A DNA stretch of 21,324 nt from Armatimonadota bacterium (GTDB lineage: Bacteria; Armatimonadota; UBA10988). The notes beneath the pieces were generated by a model that had not been told where the DNA came from, searched no databases, and worked only from the letters and a program-made list of their open reading frames with translations. Position 1 is the stretch's first letter, and every line of letters starts with the position of its first letter. Of this stretch, positions 1-7,514 are shown piece after piece. Position numbers and translations under genes: made by a program. Where the stretch lies: NCBI GenBank assembly GCA_016235455.1, contig JACRKZ010000132.1, forward strand, positions 1 through 21,324. Reading direction: 5' to 3'.

Positions 1-605
1 AACTCCGCGCCGAAGGGCACATCGAGCCGGCCCACGGCCTGAAACGCGCCATCGCGACCGAGGAAGCTGGCGTGGATGCTGTCGTAGCCCACATTGTTGA
101 ACAGCAGCGCCTCGTGGTTCGGCCCATCCACGGCCAGCCCGCGGTACGAGTGCTCGGTGAACGCCGGCTGCCCATCCCACCGCGGCCGCAGCACCGTCGG
201 CGCGGCACCGCCCGGGCCGAACAGCAGCGCCTGCGGCTCGGCGGCGCCGCTGTAGGTGTCGGGCGGGGTGAGCGTGGGGTTGCTGGTGAGCAGCAGCCGC
301 CCATCGGAGAACACGCCCAGCGGGCACGGCTCGCGCTGGCGACCGGGGTCGGTCTGGACCCGCTGCCAGCCGCCCGCGGCGCGCTTCCACAGCACCCAGC
401 GCACGTTGTGCAGCGGCTTGGCGTCGGTGATGGTCTCGGAGCCGCTGACAAACACGTCGTCGCCGGCGCGGGCGATGCAGCTCGACCCGTAGCACCACAT
501 GGGTCCGGCGCCGTTGGCCGGGTCGGGCGAGGTGTAGATGGGCTCCTCGACCTCGACCGTGGGCGCGAGGGAGGCGGTCAGGGCGAGCAGGAACGGCCAG
601 AGCAT
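1..605 (-). CDS. Secreted hypothetical protein, 5' part only (runs off the window's left edge)
   Basis: Not in the ORF track. My translation from ATG at 605 gives MLWPFLLALTASLAPTVEVEEPIYTSPDPANGAGPMWCYGSSCIARAGDD..., open to position 1. Strong GC3 bias, AGGAG Shine-Dalgarno upstream, hydrophobic signal-peptide-like N-terminus. Confidence 0.85.
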   Translation of the reverse strand, partial: MLWPFLLALTASLAPTVEVEEPIYTSPDPANGAGPMWCYGSSCIARAGDDVFVSGSETITDAKPLHNVRWVLWKRAAGGWQRVQTDPGRQREPCPLGVFSDGRLLLTSNPTLTPPDTYSGAAEPQALLFGPGGAAPTVLRPRWDGQPAFTEHSYRGLAVDGPNHEALLFNNVGYDSIHASFLGRDGAFQAVGRLDVPFGAE

Positions 606-674
606 GGGGGTGGCTCCTGTGGCTGGTGGGTGGTGTTCGGAGGCTGCGAGGCGAGTCCTGCTGAGGTGCGGTGT

Positions 675-1388
675 TCAGGCGTCCACCGGCGCCTCGTCTT
701 CTCCTGGCATCTCGGCCGGGCTCAGCGCGCGCGCCTCGGTATCTGCCGTGCCGGCTACCGGCTCAGCAGCCGACAGGGCGGAGTTCGGAGGCAGTCCGGC
801 GATGTCCTCGGCCGTGGGCACGAGCCGGTCCCTGCGCCAGCGTTGGCCGATGATGCTCCGGGCAGCGGCGCGGACCCTGCGGCTCTGGCCTCCGTGCGGG
901 AGCAGCACGTCGCCTTGCCTGAACACCAGCAGGTCGCCATCGGGATGATAGCTCTCCTCGAGCAGGTCGCCCCACGGCCAGAACTCAGCGCGGGACCAGC
1001 GCCTGACGCACGACAGTCCGTAGCGGTTGGCACTGATACGGTCGAACGACGTGGCCGACACGAGGCCGTACAGGACGTAGGCGATAGCCAAGGTGGCCAG
1101 GAGCAGCGGCATCGCCACACCGAAGTCCCACCAGCCGATCTCCTCACCCGCGATGGCGGCGATGAACGCGGCGGCCGCGATGCCGGCCCGCTTCCGGCCA
1201 TTGGAGTCCAGATCCGGCCGGAGGAGGCGCACGTTGACGCTGCCCATTTCGCCGACGCCTAGCTCGACCTCAATCCAGGCGAACTGCTCGTCGCGCGTGC
1301 GCGGCAGGAATCGGCCTCTGCGATCGCGTCGCCGGGGCTTGCGGCGGGAGATCTCGGGCACGGCAGTGTACCCCCATCGGAGCGGCAT
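675..1388 (-). CDS. Hypothetical membrane protein (Arg-rich N-terminus, 2 TM helices, possible bacterial PH-like domain)
   Basis: Fills the gap between neighbouring minus-strand genes. ATG directly abuts the DegT stop (TGA-ATG); alternative GTG start at 1361. Two hydrophobic segments are followed by ISANRYGLSCVRRWSRAEFWPWGDL. The C-terminal motif is shared with 3527..4246. Confidence 0.7.
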   Translation of the reverse strand: MPLRWGYTAVPEISRRKPRRRDRRGRFLPRTRDEQFAWIEVELGVGEMGSVNVRLLRPDLDSNGRKRAGIAAAAFIAAIAGEEIGWWDFGVAMPLLLATLAIAYVLYGLVSATSFDRISANRYGLSCVRRWSRAEFWPWGDLLEESYHPDGDLLVFRQGDVLLPHGGQSRRVRAAARSIIGQRWRRDRLVPTAEDIAGLPPNSALSAAEPVAGTADTEARALSPAEMPGEDEAPVDA

Positions 1389-2609
1389 TCAACCCAGCCC
1401 CGCCGCCACCTTCCCCACCGCCGCCACCGCATCGTCGACCGCCTGCTCGTCCAGCCACTCGCTGATCGGGAACAGCAGGCACGAGGCCATGGCGCGCTCG
1501 GCGTTGGGGCAGAGGCCCGGCGCGTAGTCGGGCACCGCCGTCGCCTGGTCGAACGGCCAGTGCGAGTGGTTGAAGGCGCTGCGCTCGCGCAGGTAGCGGT
1601 AGGCCAGGTGGACCGGCTCCACATAGCCGACACGAACCGGCACACCCTCGGCCACGACCGCGGCGGCGAAAGCCGGGGCGTCGTAGCGCGCGGCGTCGAG
1701 CCCGATCAGGTAGATCCACCAGCTCGGCCACGCGCCGGGCACCGAGGTCGGGGCATGGACGCCGTCGAGGCCGGCGAGCCCGGCGGCCAGGCGCGCGCCC
1801 AGCGCGTGGCGGCGCTCGGCGATGGCCGGCAGGCGGTCGAGCTGGGCCAGCGCCACGGCGCTCTGCAGCTCGGTGATGCGGTAGTTGGGCGCGCAGAACT
1901 CCATCGGCCGCGAGCCGTCGATGCGGTCGTAGCACTTGTCGATGGCCAGGGCCGCGCGATGGTGCAGCTCGGGGTCGTTCGCGACGATCAGCCCGCCGTC
2001 GCCCGCGGAGATGTGCTTGAAATCGTTGAGCGAGTAGCAGCCGACATCGCCCATGGATCCGACCGGCCGGTCGTTGAGGCGGGCGCCCCAGGCCTGCGCG
2101 CAGTCTTCAATAAGCCGAATGCCACGACGCCGGCACAGCGCCAGCAGCGGGTTGAGGTCGACCGGATTGCCCTGGAGATGCACCGCGATCACTGCGCGCG
2201 TGCGCTCGGTGAGGCGGGCGGCGACGGTCTCGGCGGTCAGGTTGCATGAGCCGGGGTCGACATCGGCGAAGACCGGAATGGCGCCCTCATAGACGATGCC
2301 CAGCACCGTGCCGGCGTCGGTGATGGGCGACGTGACGACCTCGTCGCCCGGCCCCACGCCGCAGGCCTTGAGCGCGGCATGGATGGCAGCCGAGCAGGAG
2401 CTGCAGGCGATGGCGTACTCGGTGCCGACCAGCGCGGCCATGCGCTCACACAGCGCGCGGGTCTTGCCGCCCGCGGTGTAGAACAACGTGTTCTGCTCCA
2501 GCGCGGCGCGCAGCTCTTCGAGCTCCGTCTCACCAAACCGCCGGCCGGTCGCGGGCCAAGGCTCGCGGCGCACGGGCGTGCCACCGTAGATGGCCAGCGT
2601 GTCGCTCAT
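1389..2609 (-). CDS. DegT/DnrJ/EryC1/StrS family PLP-dependent aminotransferase
   Basis: Motifs GVGPGDEVVT, GAIPVFADVDP, IEDCAQAWG, YSLNDFKHISAGDGG (PLP Lys) and NYRITELQSA; 4-nt overlap with the upstream gene. Confidence 0.95.
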   Translation of the reverse strand: MSDTLAIYGGTPVRREPWPATGRRFGETELEELRAALEQNTLFYTAGGKTRALCERMAALVGTEYAIACSSCSAAIHAALKACGVGPGDEVVTSPITDAGTVLGIVYEGAIPVFADVDPGSCNLTAETVAARLTERTRAVIAVHLQGNPVDLNPLLALCRRRGIRLIEDCAQAWGARLNDRPVGSMGDVGCYSLNDFKHISAGDGGLIVANDPELHHRAALAIDKCYDRIDGSRPMEFCAPNYRITELQSAVALAQLDRLPAIAERRHALGARLAAGLAGLDGVHAPTSVPGAWPSWWIYLIGLDAARYDAPAFAAAVVAEGVPVRVGYVEPVHLAYRYLRERSAFNHSHWPFDQATAVPDYAPGLCPNAERAMASCLLFPISEWLDEQAVDDAVAAVGKVAAGLG

Positions 2610-3484
2610 GGCAGTGGCCCCAGCAATCGCTCCAGGTTGTCGTTCTCGATGGCAGCCAGCTTGGCCGCTGGCAGGCGGGCCTCGCCCAGGAAGCCCAGAA
2701 TCGGCGGCAGCGGATGGCTCGGGGCGAAGCGGTCGGTGCCCAGCAGCAGCTTGTCGGCGAACCGCGCCAGGAACTGCCGACCGTGCTCGGGGTCGCGGTT
2801 CAGCGCGTTGAACCCGCTGCCCGCCGACAGGTCGGCATGGAGGTTCGGGTAGCGGTCCAGAAGCTCATGCAGCCGCCCCGGCGTGACCGGCCCGGTGGGA
2901 TAGATGCCCCGGTCCTCGGCCCGCAGGTCGCCCGACATCTCGGCCCAGAAGGTCTGCGCATGGCCGATGAAGTGCGTCTCTGGGCAGGCGGTCAGCATCC
3001 GCTCCAGCCGCGGCAGACCCAGGTCGTCGGCCGGGCCATAGACCTCGCCGAGCTGATGCGCCACATGGAACAGCACGGGCAGCCCGAGCGCGCCGGCGTG
3101 GTGGAACAGGTTCTCCAACCGCGGATCGTCCAGGTGGATGTTGGCGGTGACCTCACCCACACCGCGCGCGCCGGCCTCCTGGAAGGCGGCCAGCAACACG
3201 CCGAGGTCGCCGCGGGCGCTGTTGTGCTGAGCGCGCGGGTCGACGTTGCAGAACGGGATGAGCCGGTCACGATGCGGCCGCGTGGCGCGCAGCACCTCGA
3301 TGGTGTGCGCGATGCCGACGTAGTCGGACTCGGGGTTGTCGATGGGCAGCACCACGGAGCGGTCGATGCCCTCTGCGTCCATGCGCCGCAGCAGGTCGTC
3401 CGCCTCGAACGGCTCGCGACCGAGCCGGGCCAGCAGGCTGCCGGCGTCGGTGACGGTCAGGTGGGTGTGGACATCGGTGCGCAT
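2606..3484 (-). CDS. Amidohydrolase superfamily (Amidohydro_2-like) metal-dependent hydrolase
   Basis: N-terminal DVHTH metal motif, GVGE, LPVLFH, FIGHA, LHADLS, LLLGTD. Confidence 0.92.
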   Translation of the reverse strand: MRTDVHTHLTVTDAGSLLARLGREPFEADDLLRRMDAEGIDRSVVLPIDNPESDYVGIAHTIEVLRATRPHRDRLIPFCNVDPRAQHNSARGDLGVLLAAFQEAGARGVGEVTANIHLDDPRLENLFHHAGALGLPVLFHVAHQLGEVYGPADDLGLPRLERMLTACPETHFIGHAQTFWAEMSGDLRAEDRGIYPTGPVTPGRLHELLDRYPNLHADLSAGSGFNALNRDPEHGRQFLARFADKLLLGTDRFAPSHPLPPILGFLGEARLPAAKLAAIENDNLERLLGPLP

Positions 3485-3526
3485 GGCTGGGGGCTTCGCC
3501 GTGGGGGAGCGCGGTCCCTTCAGCGA

Positions 3527-4246
3527 TCAGGCGTCGGTGGCCTGTTCGACGGGCGGCTCGGCGAGGCTGAGGGCGCGGTCGACGTCGGCCTCCTCGCCCG
3601 TCAGATGCGCGAGCGACAGGGCGGTGTCGGGCACATCCACGTAGGTATCGTCTAGCCAGTTGACTCTGCCCTGGCGGCCGACGACCCGGCGAAGTCTGGC
3701 AATGAAGGGTGCCGTGTGCGGCGTGACCGTAATGAACACGCCTCGGCGCCGACCGGTTCTGAACCGCACCTGCTCGGGTCCGCGATAGGTGAGCGCGAAG
3801 TCCTTGACTTCGCTGACCTCGGTCCAGGGCACGGTGCGGCTCCGCCCGATCCGGGCCGCGAGCACCAAGCCATCGGACGCCATGCTCAGCCGCCACGTCG
3901 GCAGCAGGGCGATCTGCGCCATCCGCCCAACGACGCACGCACCGCCCAGGAGTAGCGCAAGCGGCGCGAACAGCCCACGGTCGGGCTCCGGGTCGGCCCA
4001 TCCGACCTCGGCGACTGACACGACGATCACGCAGATCAGCACGCAGACCAGCGCGCAGATGACGCCCAGAAGCGTGCCGACCGACTCGGCGCCTCTGGCC
4101 CATACCCACTGGGCGACTGGCGCAGCCTTGGCACGCTGCCGCTTGACCAGCGGGCGGCGTGGTGCAACCGCCCGCCTGGCGCGCGCGGTCTCGCGCGCGG
4201 CCCGGGTGGTTTCCCTCTGAGCCCTTCGCCGCTCGCGCTTGTTCAT
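3527..4246 (-). CDS. Hypothetical membrane protein (Arg-rich N-terminus, 2 TM helices, possible bacterial PH-like domain)
   Basis: GAGG SD upstream. Two TM-like segments, then RLSMASDGLVLAARIGRSRTVPWTEVSEV, which resembles the 'ipW.eI..v' signature of membrane-flanked PH domains. Same architecture as 675..1388. Confidence 0.75.
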   Translation of the reverse strand: MNKRERRRAQRETTRAARETARARRAVAPRRPLVKRQRAKAAPVAQWVWARGAESVGTLLGVICALVCVLICVIVVSVAEVGWADPEPDRGLFAPLALLLGGACVVGRMAQIALLPTWRLSMASDGLVLAARIGRSRTVPWTEVSEVKDFALTYRGPEQVRFRTGRRRGVFITVTPHTAPFIARLRRVVGRQGRVNWLDDTYVDVPDTALSLAHLTGEEADVDRALSLAEPPVEQATDA

Positions 4247-4266
4247 GGTCGGTCAGCAGCCACCTC

Positions 4267-7200
4267 TCACCATTCCACCCGCTCCAGCGCCGCCACATCG
4301 CCATACGTCGCCAGACTCATCCAGCGCCGCGACCCGCCGGCCGGGGCGGTCACGCTCAGCGTCGCCGGCTGCCCAGGCGTCAGTCGGCCCGCGGGCAGGC
4401 TCAGCCAGAACACGCCAAAGGAGTCCTCATCCGTCGTGCGGCGCACGTCGTACTGCAACGTCACCGTCCCATCGGCGGTGCGCCAGGTGGCCGAAGTGGT
4501 CGTGAACGGCACGTCGAGCAGCGGCTTGCCGTTGAGCACGAGGGTGAACGCGCCGCCATCGGGCTGCGAGCGCCAGCCCATGCCGCCGGCCCAGACCAGG
4601 GCCACCGTGCCTGGCTTCCAGTCGCCCGGCAGCACGGCCGTCTGCCAGGTCAAGCGCTGCGCGCCGTCGGTCTGGCGGACGGCGTGGACCGGGACGTTGT
4701 CCTCGCGGTAGGTCTGCCAGAGCGTGGGCGCCTCGGTGCATTCGCCCAGCTTGCCATAGCCTTCCAGCCAGGTCTCCACCGGCGGCGGCGTGATGGCCGA
4801 GAGGCGTGGGCGCAGCCAGTCGACGGGCAGCACCGCGCGCGGCTGGAAGTCGGGGCTGGCGACATAACGCGTCAGGCTGGCGTGCAGGGCGGCGGCGGCG
4901 GGGTCGGCCGCGCGCGCGGTGGGCGACAGGTCCATGGTCGTGTACAGCAGCCGGCCCCGGCCCACGCGCGCCTCGAACAGGTAGGCCTTGCGGCGCATCT
5001 GCCAGGGCACATCGAGGCAGGCGATGATCGGCTCGATGCCGCCGGGCACCTCGTCCAGCAGCACCACGCGGCGGCTGTCGAGCAGGCCGAAGGTTTGCAG
5101 ATCGCCATAGCCCTCGTGCGGGAAGCCGCGCAGGCTGGGATGGTCGGCGAAGTAGTTGCCGAAGCTGTGGTCGTTCTGGTCGTCGCCCTTCCACCAGGCC
5201 GGCTTGAAGCGCGCGGTGAGCGAGGGGAACGGGCCGGCATCGCCGGCCACCAGCAGCGTCGCGCCGGCCTCGAGCTTGTCCAGCAACGGCGGCGTCAGGC
5301 GGCGCTGGACGACCACCTCGGCGGCCGGTGCGGGCGTCGGGTAGACCCAGATCGACCAGCGGTTGGTCACGTCTCCGGCGGAGGCCACCAGCTCCAGGCG
5401 AGCGCCCGCGGTCAGCGTCGGCGCGGCGATCTCGCCGGTCCAGGGGCCGAGCAGGCCGCGAGTCTCGCCGGCCGGCGGCGGCTTGAGCGCGATGGGCAGC
5501 TCGCCCAGGCGCGCGGTGACCGGGCCCAGCGGCACAGCGCTCGCCGGCCGGAAGTCGGAGACGAAGAGCCGCACGGGCACGGGCTCGCCGGCGCGGTAGC
5601 CAGCGCGATTGTGGTCCCACAGCACGACCGCGGGCGAGTTGAACTGCCGCGCGAAGGCCGGGCTGATGGCACGCTCCTCGTCGAACTGGTTGACGAAGCC
5701 CGACGACTGCGTCCAATAGTCGCGGAACAGCCACTGGTAGTAGCCGTCGATGCCCGGCTGCAGGCGCGCGGCCTCCAGATTAAGCTTGAGCACGCTGGCC
5801 TGGAGCCGGCTCGACGCGGCGCGGAGGGCGGGGAGCTGCGCGGTCAGGTGGCGCCGCTCGACGGCATCGCGCATCTGCTCCAGCCAGAACGGCCGAATGA
5901 CGCCGTTGTAGCGCGGGATCTCGGCAGGATCGGGCAGTGTGGAGATGTTGCTCATCTCATGCACCACCACCGGCCGGCCCGCCTGCTTGGCCGCGTATTT
6001 GCCGCGCGTGCCAGCCCAGGGCAGGCACCATTCGTCGAACAGCACGGTCAGGTAATCGATGGTGCGCCGCGTATGGCCGGGCCACTGGCCGTCGGTGTCG
6101 ATAGCCGGCCGGGTCGGGTCGAGCCCTTTGGCCACGTCGTACAGCTCGGGACCCATCTCCCAGCCGTCCCACTGCTCATTGCCCATGCACCAGGCCATGA
6201 CGCTGGGGTGGTTGCGCATCTGGCGGATGTAGTCGCGCCAGACCTGCCGGTACAGATCCTTGCCGCGCGGCGTGGCGGCCTTGAGGAACTGGTCGTAGGC
6301 GATGGGCAGTTCGGGCTGGACGAACATGCCCACCTCGTCCGCCGCGCGCAGGTAGGACTCGCCAAGCATGGTGGAATGGTGGCGCACGCCGTTGAAGCCG
6401 AACTCGCGGCGGCGCTGGAGGTAGCGCTTCCAGGCCGGCACGTTGGCCGGCGCGGCGATGGTCAGCGGGAATGTGTAGTCGTCGCCGTAGCCGCGCAGCC
6501 AGAAGCGGTCGCCGTTGAGCCGAAAGCCGTCGGCGGTGGTCTCCAGCCGGCGCAGGCCGAAGCGCACCTCGGTGCGGTCGAGCACCTGACCGGCACGCCG
6601 CAGGATCAGCTCCGAGGTCAGCAGGTTGGGCGATTCCGGCGTCCAGAGCGGCGCACCGGCCAGGTCCAGGCTGAGCGTCGTTTGGTCGCCGCGGGGCGCG
6701 ACGGTCACCTCGCGGTACACCCGGCCATCGCCGCCGCGCGTGCGGCAGATCACCTGGTCGCCGGCGGTGCCGGCCAGCGTGAGCCGCAGTTGGGCGCGAT
6801 GGGCGGCGGGATCGCCCACGGCGAAGGCATCGTCGATCCAGCCGTCGCCGGTGGAGTCCAGGGTCACCGATTCGGTGATGCCGCCCCAGGTCAGGTCCAT
6901 GTAGTCGATGACGTCGAACGCGCCCACCAGCGGGTCGCGGGCCTTGTCGTGGCGGCTGTCGACGGCGAGCACGACCTGCTGCGGCGCATCGGGCCGGACG
7001 GCGGCGGTCACATCGAGCCGGAACGAGGTGGGATAGCCGATATGCTCGCCCACGGACACGCCATTGAACCAGACCCGCGCGGAGCGGTGCACGCCGCCGA
7101 CATTGAGCCACAGCCGGCGCCCGCGCCAGCCCGCGGGCAGCGTCACCGCGCGGCGATACCAGCCCACGCCGACCGCGTTGTGGCGCATCTTGTCGGTCGG

Positions 7201-7410
7201 CTCGCCGACGCCCTGGGCGTCCCAGCAGCCGGGCACGTTGAGCCGACGGTCGAACGTCGTGCCGGGCTGGTACCAGCGCTCGGTCGAGCCGCGGTCGTCG
7301 GGCGCGAAGCGGAACTCCCAGGCGCCATCAAGCGCCACGGCGTCGGGCCGCTGCGCTGCGGCGCAGGTCTGACCGATGACGACGAACAGCAGGGCCCACA
7401 GACGGCGCAT
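4267..7410 (-). CDS. Secreted glycoside hydrolase family 2 (beta-galactosidase/glucuronidase-like), about 1047 aa
   Basis: Start reassigned to ATG 7410 (GGAG SD; signal peptide MRRLWALLFVVIGQTCAAAQ). GH2 motifs LDGAWEF, GVGWYRR, LWTPESPNL, RFGLR, RNHPSVMAWCMGNE (acid/base Glu) and PVVVHE (probable nucleophile). Confidence 0.93.
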   Translation of the reverse strand: MRRLWALLFVVIGQTCAAAQRPDAVALDGAWEFRFAPDDRGSTERWYQPGTTFDRRLNVPGCWDAQGVGEPTDKMRHNAVGVGWYRRAVTLPAGWRGRRLWLNVGGVHRSARVWFNGVSVGEHIGYPTSFRLDVTAAVRPDAPQQVVLAVDSRHDKARDPLVGAFDVIDYMDLTWGGITESVTLDSTGDGWIDDAFAVGDPAAHRAQLRLTLAGTAGDQVICRTRGGDGRVYREVTVAPRGDQTTLSLDLAGAPLWTPESPNLLTSELILRRAGQVLDRTEVRFGLRRLETTADGFRLNGDRFWLRGYGDDYTFPLTIAAPANVPAWKRYLQRRREFGFNGVRHHSTMLGESYLRAADEVGMFVQPELPIAYDQFLKAATPRGKDLYRQVWRDYIRQMRNHPSVMAWCMGNEQWDGWEMGPELYDVAKGLDPTRPAIDTDGQWPGHTRRTIDYLTVLFDEWCLPWAGTRGKYAAKQAGRPVVVHEMSNISTLPDPAEIPRYNGVIRPFWLEQMRDAVERRHLTAQLPALRAASSRLQASVLKLNLEAARLQPGIDGYYQWLFRDYWTQSSGFVNQFDEERAISPAFARQFNSPAVVLWDHNRAGYRAGEPVPVRLFVSDFRPASAVPLGPVTARLGELPIALKPPPAGETRGLLGPWTGEIAAPTLTAGARLELVASAGDVTNRWSIWVYPTPAPAAEVVVQRRLTPPLLDKLEAGATLLVAGDAGPFPSLTARFKPAWWKGDDQNDHSFGNYFADHPSLRGFPHEGYGDLQTFGLLDSRRVVLLDEVPGGIEPIIACLDVPWQMRRKAYLFEARVGRGRLLYTTMDLSPTARAADPAAAALHASLTRYVASPDFQPRAVLPVDWLRPRLSAITPPPVETWLEGYGKLGECTEAPTLWQTYREDNVPVHAVRQTDGAQRLTWQTAVLPGDWKPGTVALVWAGGMGWRSQPDGGAFTLVLNGKPLLDVPFTTTSATWRTADGTVTLQYDVRRTTDEDSFGVFWLSLPAGRLTPGQPATLSVTAPAGGSRRWMSLATYGDVAALERVEW

Positions 7411-7514
7411 GGCACGCTCCCAGGCCGAGCGTTCGCCTGGGTGAACCCGCCACCTTCCGGCCGCGGCAGGAGCCCGGGCCGTCATCGCCAATCTGCTGAC
7501 CATCGGAGCCCACC

